64,000 nucleotides of DNA from Isurus oxyrinchus (GCA_026770705.1 JANJGN010000242.1:310001-374000); one strand, 5' to 3'. Positions 1 to 13,747 are shown, numbered from the stretch's first letter. The notes: generated by a model from the letters alone, not told the origin. A program made the numbers and translations.

Positions 1-1390
1 AACCACCCCCAGCCCTTTCCTCCTGCCTGTTTATACGAAAAGTCACATTCCCCTGAATATTTAATTCCCAGCTTTGATCTCCTTTTAACAATGGCTCTGT
101 AATGGCTATAAGATCAGAATATCTATTTGTGCCGTGAATTCATTTATTATGTTCCAAATAGTATGTGCGTTTAAGTAAGAGCCATTGATTGTGCCTTTTT
201 ACCACTTTTTCCCCCTTTGATCCTACATGCTGCTTTTTTTCATATTTGTATACTCTGTCCCTTCCTTCCACACTCTGGGTATCATTACCTAAGTAGCTAC
301 CCTGCAATACTGCCACATCCGTTTGCTTTGTAAACTTACTTATGTCCTCTCCAGAACCCTCCATCCAACCTCCCGCCCTTCTATTTAGATTAAAGCCCTC
401 TATACAGCCCTAGGTATTCGATTCGTCAGGACATTAGACCCGGCATAGTTAAAGGGACGTCCATCGCACCGGAACAGCTGCCTTCTACCCCAATGCTGAT
501 GCCAGTGCCCCATGAATGGGACCCTATGCCCCTCACACCAATCTCTGAGCTACGCATTTAAATCCTCGACTTTATTTACTCTATGCCAGTTTGCCTGTGG
601 TTCATGTAGCAATCCCGAGATTATAACCTTGGAGGTTCTGCTTTTTAACTTAGCTGCTATCTGTTCAAATTCTTTCAGAAGAATCTCCTTTCCCGTCGTA
701 TCCACGTCGTGGGAACCAATGTGGACAACGACAACTGGATCCCTCCCATCCCACTCCAAGTTCCTCTGCAGCCCTGAGGAGATCTCCTTCAGCCTGGCAC
801 CTGGCAGGCAACACAGCCCTCGGGACTCACGTTCATGGCTGCAGGGATTTTTATCAATTCCCCTAAATGTACTGTCCACTATCACTGCTACGTTCCTATT
901 TCCTCCCCGGAATTGAATGACTCCCTCTGCCATAGTGCCATGGTCAGCTTGTTCATCTTCCCTTCAGCCCCTGCTCTCGTCCACACAGCTTGCAAGAACC
1001 TCTTTACTGCCTGACAATTTCAAGAGCTGAGGTTGTTTCAATGCTACCCCCAGTGTTCCCATACGTGTCTCACCTGCGGTCACACCCTCCTCTTCCTGAT
1101 CACACACCAAATTCGAAATATGTTACCTGTGGAGTGTGACTGCCTCCTGGAGCAAAGTGTCCAATTAACTTTCCCTCTCCCTGATGTGGTGGTATGTCTG
1201 CAGCTCAGATTCTAGCTCCTTAAATCGGACCGGATGCTCAAGCTGCAAGCACTTGCCACATATGTTTCTGCTCCGGTTCACCTTGATGTCCAGAAACTCC
1301 CATATGCCGCAGGAGCAACACATTGCCAGACCTACCATCGCTATATCATTTTATTCAATGTGTTAAGTAATTGCTCTCGTATCCGTGCTC
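1..1390 (-). mobile_element. CR1-type LINE, degenerate 5' part (ORF1 Cys-finger and SGNH/GDSL esterase-like region)
   Basis: Minus ORF 550-933 VAVIVDSTFRGID...CCLPGARLKEI...PVVVVHIGSHDV matches the CR1 ORF1p esterase pattern. CxxC motifs lie on the minus strand near 1230-1330. Confidence 0.75.
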
Positions 1391-2529
1391 TGCAAATGTT
1401 GTTGATTAGTGGGAAAAATTATTCAAAGCCAAAATTAATTATGTCAATTCATAGCAAATATAAATGATAGTGATGGTACTGTATTACATAAGCTAACGTA
1501 TGCCTCTGATGTTCGGTGAGAGAGGACAACTGGAACGAAGTCGAAAGCGAGTTCAGGTCTATAAACCCAGCCTGTGGTTTCCAATCCTAATAACATACTG
1601 GGAGTGTATCATCCTAAACAAAACATCAAACAGGGTTTGTAAGTCTTTCTCGATGGGATTTCGGTAGTGTGGGACACGAATAGCCATTAAGCGCCTGATG
1701 CAAGCAATATCATTTTTAATTTGTCCTCTTACAAATTCAGGTCGGCTGGAATTTCACACAGTGAGCCAATTTTAGTCCCCTGGTAGAACCGGACTGTCGG
1801 GCCAGGGGAGAAATGTACCAGGAACATGTAAAATAATACAGTCCCCACTTTAAAGTTATTCACTCGGCTCTCGTTTCACACTGTTTTCTCATCTTATTAT
1901 TAATAGGTAATTAGCAGTGTTTATTTGGGGGCTCTGTCCATGGCTTGTGGACATCAGCTCCTGGCTATCTTGTCATTTCCGTGAAGCAAAGGTTTCAGTT
2001 CATCCTTCACTTGCCTCCCAATCGGTAGAAGCAGCTGATGGTGCCAGCGGCCGTTTATAGTCTGGAGCTGTAGCCCCGTGCTCGTCTTTGCCATGCGAAC
2101 ATCAAACTCCTCCCTCTCTGATTCGGCACTGAGTGAGGGGATGGGTCAACTTCCGTCATCATACCCTAAAATGCTTTCATATGAGAGGTGTCAATGCACA
2201 TTGAGGCCTCCATCCCCTGACCATTGTTACAAGGTAACAACAAACTCAGACCTACATCCTCACATTGCAGAACATCAGGTGTTAATACACACTGTGATTT
2301 CCATAGCCTTATGATGACTCCGAGCAGTTTCCACGATTTCAACACAAACTGCAAACGCAGGTGGCTTTATATTCAACGTCACTGACTGTCTCCCTGTGCA
2401 TTTTCCTGTTATTGCCTGTAGGGAATTGACCGATCATTTGTCCCCCGACCACCTCTGTATTTATCCATGTACGCAAGCATGTAAGGACAAATCTCCCTGT
2501 CTGTTTGTGCCCCTATCGAGATAAATCTT

Positions 2530-3620
2530 ACTCGGGATATGAAGGACAAGACTAAATGTTTGTACAACTATGTTAAAAGGGAGAAGGCGGCAAGGAGTAA
2601 AACTGATCCTTTATTGAGGGTCAAAAGTGATTTGCATTTAGAATTGAGGGATTGTGAGTCATACCGGACAGCTATTTTGTGATATCTCTCTAGATAGAAG
2701 AGGATCGGGAAAACATAAAAGAGATACGAAGAAAAATAAATACATCAAAGGAGTGAATTAATTGAAGTAAATGTATTAGTGATAGAACAGATTTCAGAAC
2801 AGGACAGTTTCCATCTCAATGTTCCAAAGTGGTAGGTGAGGAAGTTTTGATGCAGTCGTCACGATGTTCCAAAACTCTCTCCATTGTGCAACTAACCCAA
2901 TCAATTGGAAAATTTCCAATGTCACGCCACTATTTGGGAAGTATAAGAAAGGTAAATGAGGAAAATGTAGACCTATTACTCAAGAGTTTGTCATGAGTAA
3001 GTTCGTAGAACCTGTTGTTATGGATAGAATAACTGAGCACTTGGACAGATAGGAGCTGATCAGAAATGGTCAACTCGAATTTACACGAGCCTAGTTGAAA
3101 CGTGCAGGCGGTAATCAACATGATATATAAGGGGCTGCCTACCGGCTCTGCTTATAAGGACTCCCGGGTGGCAGTTAACACGGTTCCACATATGAAACTG
3201 TTAATCAAAATGAGCACGCATGGGATTGGAGTCAACCCACTGCTTTAGATAGGGCATTTGGTAGGAAGTAGGAAACAGAGTGTTGGTCGGTACTCAAATT
3301 GGCGTCAGCTGTAAATCAATCATAGTGTATCAGTTTTTAATTATATCAATACCTGAAGGAATATAGAGTTGTATCTATAAATTTGCAAATGTTGCTAAGG
3401 CAAGTGGTATAGTCAATAGTGAACGCCAGAGTAGAAATTAAAAAAAATCATTATTGACAGATTAAGTAAGTGGGTTGGTCTGGGTCAGCTGGAGCTTAAT
3501 GTGGGAAGTGTGAGGTTTTGCACATTGGCTCTAAGAAAGATGAATTATTTTCTAAAAAGGGATGCCCTGGGTCCTATGAATGAGCCTTGGAGATACAGGT
3601 GCCTAAAGACTGATCGAGTG
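2530..3620 (+). mobile_element. Highly degenerate CR1 ORF2 (reverse transcriptase) fragment
   Basis: Remnants such as tggaaaatttccaatgtcacgccactattt (WKxxNVTPLF) and aatgtgggaagtgtgaggttttgcacattgg, with many stops. Confidence 0.6.
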
Positions 3621-3989
3621 CACTGGACACCATAAAGTCTATGAGACCCAAAAGAAACACTGTTGGCGTTCTGAAGCCTGGTGCTCCAGAACTGGGCGTT
3701 CCATAGCCAATTTGCCCCAATGCACCGACATCACTGGCGTCTACCCGACTTCGTGAATACTTCCCCAGATATGTAGAGGGCAGATAAAGGCAGGAGATAC
3801 GGGGTTGACCAAATGCTTGCCAAGCACCATGCTTCGATAATCTGCAGAACGCAGTGTGGGGTAGGCAGTCGTGCTGTCAGGAGCTATTTACTCATCACTG
3901 ACCTGCCCAACAGTGCTCCGTTTTGGTTCTGTTATGACCACTTGGCTTCGGATCTCAACGCCCAAACTACGACAAAAGAGCTTAATTCC

Positions 3990-5010
3990 AGAAGTGCACT
4001 AAAAGTCTTTGGCCTTGACATGAAGCTGACCTTTCACAGACTGTAGCATCACGGAGCCTTAATCATATTTAGGTCATTTGGAGTCAGGGAAATTTACTTC
4101 ACTGGCTGCAGTTATACCTAGCACAAAGGAAGATAGTTCTGGTTGTTGGAGGTCAGTTATCTCAGCTCCAGGACATTACTGCAGGAGTTCCGTGGGATAG
4201 TGTTCTCCACACAAGCACCTTCAGCTGCTTCATCAATTACCTTCCCTCCATCACAAAGTCAGAAGTGTGAATGATCACCGATGACTGCACCATATTCAGC
4301 ACCATTGTTGACTCTTCACACACTGAAACGGGCCGTGTCCATATGCAACCAGGCCTGCACTCAACATTAAGGCTTGGGCTGATAAGTGGCAAGTAACATT
4401 CCCGCCATACAAGTGTCAGACGGCGACCTTCTCCAACAAGAGGAAGCCTAGCCACAATACACCCTCCCCGCCCCCCCCCCCCACCACCACCCCCTGCACA
4501 CCCCCACCCGTTGACATTCACTTGCATTGCTGAATTCCTCTTTATCAGCATTCTAGGTTTACCATTGACCAGCAACTGAACTAGAAAGCCTAGAAATATT
4601 TCTATACATGGGCAGGTCAGAGACTACGAGTATTCAGTGTGTAACTCTCTTCCTGACTCCTCTAAGCGTATCCATTATCAATAAAGCACAAATCAACACT
4701 GTGATGGAATATTTTCCACTTGCTGGATGAATGCAACTCCAAAAATTCACAAGAACCTCGATGCCATCCAGGAAAAAGCAGCGCGCTTGACTGGCACACC
4801 ACCCATCACCTTAAGCTTTGATTCCCTCCACCAACTATGCAAAATAGCAGCAGTGTGCACCAGCTGCAAAGTGCACTTCAGGAACTCAAAAACTCCCCTG
4901 TGGCAGCACTTTCCAAATCAGCGACTTCTACCATCTGTAAAGGAAGGACAGCAGCTACAAGGGAATACCAGCACCTGCAAATATTCCTCTAAGCCACTCA
5001 CCATCCTCAC
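3990..5010 (+). mobile_element. CR1-clade LINE 3' fragment (RT C-terminus)
   Basis: cagttatctcagctccaggacattactgcaggagttcc...ttcagctgcttcatcaat; ORF 4727-5059 LDAIQEKAARL. A homologous fragment lies at 47570-48125. Confidence 0.7.
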
Positions 5011-6289
5011 CTTGGATCTAAAACTTTCAAAAGGTTTTTTTGTTAGCTTTTCCACATAGCAGGAGGTGTGTTTCGTCGTTACACCTACTCACCACCAGAG
5101 GACAGTAAGAGGACATGTCCACGGGAATCACTGCAGATGTGAGCTACCAACTGAGAAAAATTTTCAGGAGCTTCATTTTCAAAAGGGATAAAACCATGAA
5201 TTTCAAATACAGGCATTAATTTCAAATACGTTAGAAATAATAATACTTATTATAACGTTTGCAAGAGTAACCAGAACGAGCAGGATTCTTAATGAAAAGC
5301 ATTCCAGGAGGAAGAGGCATTCTGAGGGGTTCGGGGCAGTGAAGGGCTCTGTCCTTGGGACTTGAAAGGTCAAAGTCAGCACCTTGTGAAATCTGTTCAT
5401 TATGTGTGGATTGTCTCTGTTCTAGAAAGACACTCATCAAATAAACGCTGAGAAGAGGCCACCGTCAAAGGCTCTCAGAAACTGATAGAGGAGGAAAGGG
5501 CTGCTCAATGTTACAGGCAGGCATGGGCAGGACAGGGAAGGGCTAAAATTAAATGGAGACATGGGAAGTTGGCCTGTGAGTCTTATTTCTCGCATATCTG
5601 CGAGTCGAAATCTCCAAATATTATTCCACAAGTGTTGCCTCTTGTGCAAAACGACAGGTAAACGGTCTGGCAAACCTGGAGGCTTACGTTCAATCTGCGT
5701 GCTCTATGTCTTCAGTAAATATCTCGGAACTTCCCCGAATACTGGATGTACCAGAACAGGGTTGAATCAGTTTTCGATTAACTGCAGCTCAAAATAAAGA
5801 TCTGCCTTTCCTGAAACATTACTTAAGATGGATTTTCGGGGTCCCATTCTGTCCTGTTACACATCTTTAAAATGAGTGAATCGTCTGGGTATAAATATAA
5901 CCGTTGAAACACATACATGCCCTTATTATTTGAACATAGACTCACTGAGGAACATGAAAACTAGTAACAATAATATGAATAAGAAGAATGCGACATAACA
6001 ATGCAACCAAATCCTTCAGCAATTTAAGACATTATTGAATTCCCAGGCAGAGATCATTTACCTCACGTCGCCATGAGAGGGCGCTGCATCATCGTTTTTG
6101 GACGTTGACTGCAGCAGGTCAGTCAAAAGATCACAAGGTACTGGTGAATGAGGAAGGCCTTTCGCCCCATCTTAATTCGTCCGTGTAGAAATGCCCCGCT
6201 CCCTTACCGTTTCCTCTGGTAAGTACAAAACTAATTCCTTGGTTTTGAAACCTGTCACTTGGCTCGGTTTCCATTCCAAGCGTTCACCA

Positions 6290-7400
6290 CAACGACAAAA
6301 GCAATTCATATTTACATAGCATCGTTAATCAAATGAAAGGCCCCAAGTCACTACGCAGCAGCAATAATATGGCAGGAAGTCCCCTAAAGGGAAATTAGGG
6401 TAGATGATCAAAAGCTTCTTCAACGAACGGATTTTATGGAAGGTATTAAAAGAGAAAAGAGAGATAGAGAAGTGTAAAGCGGGCATTACGGGAATAGTGC
6501 TCTGCCAGCAATGAAACGGCGTCCAATTCCGGGGTGATTAAAATCGGGAATGCTCAAAAGGCCAGAATCAGTGTAGCACAGAGATCTTGTAGAGTTGTGC
6601 AGCTCAAGGAGACGACAGAGATAGGGCGGGCGCGGCCATGCAGAGAGAGATTTGAAAACAAGGATGAGAATATTAAAATCAGCATGTTACTCGAGTAGGA
6701 GCTAATGTAGGCCAAGGAGCACAGGCGCTCTTAATGAAGCAAGACTTGTCGCTTGTCAAGACCCTGGCAGCCGATTTTTAGATGAGATTAAGTTCACCCG
6801 TGACGGAATGTGGAAGGCCAGGCAGCAACATGTTGCAGTTGCTGAATCGAGAGCTAACCAAGTCATTGAGGGTGTTTCCACGAGCAGATGGGCAGAGGCG
6901 GGGCAAAGTGGGCCGACTATACGGAAGTGGAAAAAGGCGGCCTTAGAAATGGCATGGAGATGAAGTCGGAAACTCATCTCGGGATCAAATGTAACAACAA
7001 AGTTGCAAATAAACTGGCCTAATCTCAGGACGTTGTCATGGAGACGGATGGAGTCTTCAACTAGGAAATGGAAATTGCAGTGCGGACTGAAAACAATTGT
7101 TTCAGTCTTCCCAATATTTGATGAGAGAAATTTCTGCTGATCGGCTACTGGAAGTTGGATAAGCAGTCTGATAATTTAGCAGCAGGGGAGGGGTCGACAG
7201 AGGTGGTGGTCGGGTAGAGCTTGGTGTTGTCAGCGTACATGTAAAAACTGAGGTTGTGTTTTCAGATGATGCCGCCAAGAGGCAGTATGTGGATTAGTAA
7301 CAGGAGGGCACCAAGGAAAGATCCTTGGGGGACAACAGAGGTTCAGAAGTAGGAGGAAAATCCATTATAAGTGAATCTTTGGCGAGTCTAAGAGTGACCA
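6290..7400 (-). mobile_element. L2/CR1-superfamily LINE RT fragment
   Basis: Minus ORF 6756-6977 SFRLHLHAISKAAFFHFR resembles the L2 RT C-terminal region. A (Y)ADNT motif is encoded on the minus strand near 7225-7240. Confidence 0.6.
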
Positions 7401-7862
7401 TCTCTCTCTCTTGACCTTAGTCCTAAAGGTACATTTTGCTGGATTGAATCCGTGTCAGCTTGTCTTACGGTCGCAGTTTAACGTAAAATATATTTCGAGG
7501 GATACTCTTCCCAGATATTGTGCTAATTTCTAACTCCCTATGTTATGATCTAATTCCCTTTCCTGGAATTCCTGCTTCTATTTTAATACTGTCCTTCTCA
7601 TTGCCTCTCCCTCTGTTTCTCCCGCTGACTCTTCATTCGGTACTTTACATTTCTCAGACTCTATGTCTTCTTCCCTTACTGTATCCTCGTCTATTTCCCT
7701 CCTTGCTCTGTCACTTCCCTCAGTGCCTCTCCATCTTTTTATCTCTTTTCAGTTTCAGTTTTTTTTTTCTATTTTATTCTCTCTCAGTCTCTCCCTCAGC
7801 CTTTCTCCCTGAGAAACAAATAACAAAAACCACTTTAACACGGATTTTCAGCAAACACTCAC

Positions 7863-7899
7863 CTAAAATCAATAAATTGAAAGCCACTATTTCACTCAT
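7863..7899 (-). pseudogene. Orphan inverted copy of a TCR V leader exon (MSEIVAFNLLIL|gtgagt)
   Basis: The reverse complement matches leader 9423-9459 and its donor. No V exon follows. Confidence 0.75.
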
Positions 7900-8344
7900 T
7901 GCGGTGAGTGAGACGAGGATTTGATCATTGGGTTCCTCCCCGTCCCTCGATGAATATATAAGGGGCAATTACCTTCATAACAAGCAGGAAATAATAGAAT
8001 CGGTTGCACATCAGAGTCATCCCAATTTAAATCGATTTTCCTGTAATATTTCAGGCACATCAAGAGCAAAATCCAGGAAAATCCATTTTCAGTTTAATTT
8101 TCTTTTTTATTCTGTCAGTCTCTCCCTCGGCCTTTCTCCCTGTACTTTTGCCCTTTACTCTATAGGTTCTCTCTCTCTATCCTTGTTGCTCTCTCAGTCT
8201 TTTACTCCACTTCTCTCCTTCATTTCTTTCCCGTATCCCTGCTTCACTTTCTGCCTCTCCCTCAGTCTTTCTCCCGGCATCTCTTTCCGTGTTGCTGTCT
8301 CCATCTTTCCCTCAGTCATTTCTCCATGTCTCTCCCTGTTTCAA

Positions 8345-8670
8345 GACCAACGGTGTCTTAAAGTGCTTAACAGCCAAAGAAGTACTTTTGAACTGTATTC
8401 ACTATTGCAATGTAGAAAACTTTGTAGCCAAAATGCACACAGCAAGTTCCCACAAGCAGCAATGTGATGACGAAATAATCTGTAATTGTAATGTTGATTG
8501 AGGAAAAAACATTGACCTGGACAATGTGCTGCCAGGAGTTAAATTATATCCACCTGAAAGGGCAGGTGGGGTCTCTATTTGAAGCTTTGTCTGAAAGATG
8601 GCATCTTGGACAGTGAAGGACTCTTTCGGTAGTGGACTGGATTTTCAGCCTTGACTTTTCACTCAAGTCC
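8345..8670 (-). mobile_element. Deu-domain SINE (SacSINE1-like) fragment
   Basis: acagccaaagaagtacttttgaa...gcacacagcaagttcccacaagcagcaatgtg is the Deu core as I recall it. A paralog lies at ~35945-36280. Confidence 0.6.
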
Positions 8671-9229
8671 TGCAGTGACTGTGACATGCTTCAAGAACAA
8701 GTACTCACCCTTTGGGCAACCAGCTGGTGCGTCGATGGTTTGTGATTCATCGAAAATATTTTCATTGCAGGGATTGGGTGACCGTTCATGGTGCGCCTTT
8801 GTAGTCAGTACAATGTGCGCCACACGTATGGAGGGCTCTGCTACAACAATAAACCTAAAATCCACATTATGAAAGTTAAAACCTTCTCCACCCAAACCCA
8901 AATGCTGCTTTACTCGCTTCATGGGTTCGATCTGAACGGAAGGGTATGCCACAGCCAACAGAACTGATGTGCCATTCTCCATTGGACAATATATACCCGT
9001 AATTTGTGCCTCCATTGGATTTAGAACCAAATCCGTGCTGGTGAAAGGCCATTGTCTGTACCTTTGACCTAATCGGTTCTCATCAAAGGTCTCGATCACA
9101 CTCAGGCTAGGCTGGATTTCACTCTAGGTCAAAAATTGTCAAAGGACAAGCGTCTGACTCACCACGTCACAATTTTCTGCTGGCTCTCAGAAAGCACAGT
9201 TGTTTGGTGTCAAGTAATGAGAAACAAGG

Positions 9230-9243
9230 CCACCAGAGGGCGT
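9230..9243 (+). promoter_or_regulatory. CTCF-consensus motif upstream of V promoter
   Basis: CCACCAGAGGGCGT, ~180 bp 5' of ATG 9423. The paralog GCACCAGAGGGCGT is at 36840. Confidence 0.6.
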
Positions 9244-9422
9244 GTCAGTGAGACGAAGATGTGATTATTGGACTGTTAGCCGTCCCTCGGTGAATATATG
9301 AGGCACGTACCTTCATACCAAGCAGGAAATAATATAATCGGTTGCACATCAGAGTCATCTCAAGCTAAATCAATTTCCGATAATATTTAGGGGCCACCAA
9401 GCGCAAAATCCAGGGAAACGCA

Positions 9423-9821
9423 ATGAATGGAATAGTGACTTTCAATTTATTGATTTTAGGTGAGTGTTTTGTGCTGAAAAATCGGTGTTTTTTTTTGTTA
9501 TTTCTTTTTTTCTCATTTCCGTGTCCTCCCTTTTCAACAGTGACCTGCGGAGAGGCTGCGATTCACCAACCAGAGCAGGTGTTTGCACAAGAGGGACAAT
9601 CGATTGAAATACGGTGCAATGCATCAACAAGGGGTTCGGAGAGCACCCAGTGGTACAGACAACTGGAGAACCGTAGTCCGAAACTTATCATATATGCCTT
9701 CAACGGCAACAGCACTGATGGGCAGTTCACGCTCTTTATTGACCCAGCAAGAAGTTATAGCACTCTCGGTATTAGCAGAACCGTGGTTTCAGATGCTGGA
9801 GTGTATCACTGTGCAACGAAG
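9423..9821 (+). CDS. TRAV/DV: TCR alpha/delta V segment, apparently intact (leader 9423-9459, V exon 9541-9821)
   Basis: GT-AG intron; IRC...WYRQ...DAGVYHCATK. 23-RSS CACTGTG(9822-28)-23-ACAATATGT(9852-60), with a weak nonamer. Confidence 0.88.
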
Positions 9822-10467
9822 CACTGTGAGACAAAGACTGAGTGCTCCAATACAATATGTACTGCAGACTCCTGCCAGACAACCGCTACACGTCTACTTG
9901 CTCTCCTAAATGTTTTGACTCACTTATGGTGTACAAGTGCATTCATTTCATCCATTCTAAACAGAAGAAATTGTACAGGCTGACCTGAATATTCTTACAT
10001 ATTTATGGCATGCAGTTTAACATCTCTATTCATCCCAGAACAAAAGGGATATTCAGGTTGGGTTGAATGTGTTTACTCCTCTGCACGGTAGAGTTAAACA
10101 AGTTCCACCTATTCTATCGAAAAGAATTTTTACTGGATTGGAGCTTCAAGCGCCAGAAAAGTCCATTTCAACAGTCATCATCCGAAAGAGGTTCTGTTCC
10201 CCTCACCACCCACTCAAGGACAAGAGGCACTAGCTGGTCTTTAGACAACTAACCGCTGGTAAAGAGAACAGACAATCAACAATATTACAGCGTGAGTGAA
10301 GAATGAACATTTGCAAACAATCTAAAAGCAGAAAACGCACACAATAGAGAATTTAACGGGGTGGCTCTGACATTAATTAGACCATTCAATGTGTTGCTCT
10401 GATTTCATGTTCTCCTGATGTGAGTTGTGTTTCGTTTTCTTATTGGAATTTGAATTGCAAAGATGCA

Positions 10468-10942
10468 ATGAATCTGTCACTCGTTATTCTGGTGCTGCTG
10501 ATATGTAGATACAGGATCTGTACTCAATAACTCGCAGTGTTGATTTTTTGTGCTCACCTTGCTCCTGTGTCTCATTGTTTGGATGTTTGTACAGGTCGAT
10601 GTCTCTCGGACGCAGTGCTGCAGTCTCCCATTCTAGGACAGTGCTCTAGACTCCGGGGATTCCGTGCAGATAAATTGCAGCTATGACGTGTCCAATATTT
10701 ACGCCCCTGCAATTGTACGAGCGGAAATCCGGTCGCAGACTGGACTGGGTAACAAGGCGAGCATTCACTGATAGGGAGAAGAGTGGCGCTTTGAATTTGG
10801 ACTTTCCACTGCGGAGAAACGGGGTTATTGAGAACATGGAGTGCGCCGGGCATTAATCCGGGGTACAGTTCGGTATGCTCGGTGTTACTATGCGTTAGGG
10901 CCACGCACTGAGAGGAAATGCGGCAGTCAATGTACAAAAGGC
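10468..10942 (+). pseudogene. TCR V pseudogene (family of 13291/41675)
   Basis: Leader 10468-10504; V exon from 10595 with frameshifts. RSS CGCACTG(10904-10)-23-ACAAAAGGC has lost the CAC. Confidence 0.85.
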
Positions 10943-11519
10943 TCGCTCCTGTTTGCAGTTCCAGGACAGCTGCAGCAATATCGCCAACACAGGGCAGGCA
11001 AGACGGTGAAGAACGAGAGCAGCACAAAGAGGCAGTGAGCGAGGCTGCTGTTGGCAATGATAGCGCAAAACGTGTATCGAACTCCTAGTGGAGAACGGTT
11101 TTCATCAGAAATCTCCGTCACGTCGTATAGTATCGGGCAGAGAAGATAGTCCCTCAGTGAGTGCAGTCTTTAGTGTGAGGAAAGCTTTAACATTACATCA
11201 TTTTGGGATTATATCCCACGGCAACTTTACTGAGTGTTGGTCTATTTCGTTCCGCTGTTTGGGGAGTCATTGAAAGCATCAACATAATCCTACTGGAAAA
11301 TTTGTGTTTACAGTAAAGTACTCACACTGCGCTACAGTTACCCTCTGCACCCTAAACAAAGAAAAAATTGACTATAAGATTGACATCGTGATAACGCTAA
11401 AACAACTTTGAGTTTTGCGCTGAGAGGCCAAAGAAAAACTTCCCCTTGTGTATCGCAGTGTACAGTTAAGGAAACTCCGCCCTGTGCTTTCATCTCAGTC
11501 TATTGAGTTCTAGTGATTG

Positions 11520-11750
11520 AAGTTTTTATAGAGTCACATGTAAGCCAGGCCAGGTAAGGACGCCAGATTTCCTTTCCTCAAGGACTTTAGTGAACCAGAA
11601 AGGTTTCTTACAACAATCGGTTATAGTGGCCGTGGTCAATATTACTGCATTGTATTCCAGAGTTGTTATTTGAATGCGTGTCCCCACAGCATTAATCTGG
11701 GCCTCTGGATTTCTCATCCAGTGACACCATTACGCTACGGTCTCCCCCGA
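11520..11750 (-). mobile_element. HE1-like V-SINE fragment
   Basis: gagtcacatgtaagccaggccaggtaaggacgccagatttcc...ttagtgaaccaga core. Further copies at ~26750-27120, ~39075-39290 and ~52440-52770. Confidence 0.65.
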
Positions 11751-13290
11751 ACATGTGTCACCTATATTCAAAACTACATTTTGTCAGTTTTGATATCATC
11801 TGTTACCAGTAACATTCAAATCGGTGGGTAACGCCTCGGAAGGGAATTACAGCCCCTTCTACAGGTATCTGTTAAAATTAGAGCTGGATGCCCATGTTCA
11901 CTGTTCCTACAAGGATCCGGAGTGTCATTGTGTTTTCCTCTCATATTCCCCTGTTTCAACTGATTCCCTTCTCAGCCTCAGTGAAAATTAATCCAGGGTG
12001 ATGGAACGCCTCCTTTCAGAGGGAGCAATGACCGAGGCTCCGAGAGGCCGCTGCCCCCCTGCCTGACACTCATCAGCCTGATCACCTCTAGAAAAGATTT
12101 TCACTTATCTACACAATATATATTCATTATCAAAAGTGTACAGATATATTAGAATTCCCACCCCAACAACCAAGGTTCATGACGTCCCGGAAAAGATAAT
12201 GCCTTTTTAGCGCCCAGACTGGAATACTGGTAATTATGTTCAGATTCTGAACTTGAATCCACAATCTACTGATTCTGAAATCAGAGTCAAGTTACTTCAG
12301 CTACTAAACTGCTGAAAAATTTAAGGTAATATATTGTACCTACAATTGTTATAACACATTCAGTAATGCAGTAGCTATTAAGCTTCCCTTTGCTAATATC
12401 ACGAATAACACCGTCAAGAGCACAATTATAGAACGTTTGATTAATAGAAATTTCTGTTCACATAATCATTAAAGGTCACAGCAAAGATGGAAAATATTCA
12501 TCTGAGAAGAACTATGTCCTCATTCTGAATAAAGCTACCCAAATGGAAAATGATAAACGGACCCCCTCCTGCATTTGGTTTCTCTCCCCGCATCACATCC
12601 TTTGCTAATTTGTGTAAAAGCTGTGAGGGCAGAGTTTCACAACCAGCTATCGTTCCCTTCCTGTTATCTGGACAACACCCTTTCCCTGGCCCTAGGGGGC
12701 TTTGAACCAGCTCCACAGGCAATGCTCACAGGAGCTGTACACAGATGTATGATTAATTACTGAGAAGCGCCAATGCGTTTCTTCTTCAATTGTTTCCCGA
12801 TCCAGTTTCAGGAATCTTACAGCTAAGGGAGTTTCAATGTAAAATTCCAGCACTAGAACTGATAAGATGGGATTTTAACAACGGGCTGCCTTCATTCCTT
12901 AAGACATCGTTGTACAGAGTTTCAAATGTTTACAAAGACTCGGAACCCAAGTTGGTCCCTTTGGAGATTCAGTGCCTCAAAGTTTTTACGTTCTGCTCAC
13001 TTTCCACCACAAGGAGTAAAGGAAATTCCTGGCGTTTCGACAATTGACTTGTTCTGATGGGAACCGATGGAGAAAGGAGCAGGGGGTCAAAAACGACATA
13101 ATACGTCATGGGAACAAAGTCTATTTCCAACCAATCCAAAAGTAGCAGAACCACGTGACTGGAACATTATCCTTGCAGGTCACATTAACCGACTGATGAC
13201 TTCGTTCAGATGCTCCGTGCTCTGCTGATGTGAGCTGGGCTTCATTTTCTTACTGATACTTTACTAGCAGGAATGCATTACGCGACACAA

Positions 13291-13747
13291 ATGAATCGAC
13301 TCCCCGTCATTCTAGTGCTGCAAATTTGTAAGTATAAGGGGTTTATTCTGTAACCTGTAGAGAGTGTCTATTTATACACATGTTGCTCCAATTTCTCATT
13401 TTCTGAATGTTTTTGCAGGTCGATGTCGCTCGGAACAAATGTCCCAATTTCCCACTACGAGAACCGGACAGAGCGAGGATTCGATGCAGATACACTGCAG
13501 TTATGACATGTCCAACACTTACGGAATGTACTGGTACAGACAGAAACCTGGTCAGGGACTGGAGTTTGTTATGAACAGGTTCTCGTCTGGCAAAGAGAGA
13601 AAAGACCGATTCGGATTGGAACTTTCCACTGCGGACAAACGCGGCCAATTGGTCATTGAGAAGACGGAAAGCGCGGATACCGCTGTGTATTAATGTGTGA
13701 TAGAGTCTCACACTGGGAGGAAAGGCGGCAGTCGCTGTACAAAATCC
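13291..13747 (+). pseudogene. TCR V pseudogene with a single nonsense codon (YYC to Y*C)
   Basis: Leader 13291-13327; V exon 13419-13708; TAA at 13691-93. Good RSS CACACTG(13709-15)-23-ACAAAATCC. Confidence 0.9.

Noticed and set aside
7520-8467. Hydrophobic Leu/Ser/Phe-rich ORFs (also 23196-23687, 35493-36023)
   Set aside because: Derived from CT-rich low-complexity sequence; no gene structure.
8659-9123. 146-aa minus-strand ORF head-to-head with V 9423
   Set aside because: The paralog at ~36280-36740 has several stops. Differences fall roughly evenly over the three codon positions by my hand count, the ORF ends inside a SINE, and no domain is recognisable.
9460-9540. 81-nt stop-free in-frame leader intron (possible retention isoform)
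   Set aside because: Expected by chance in short T-rich introns and not preserved in the paralog.
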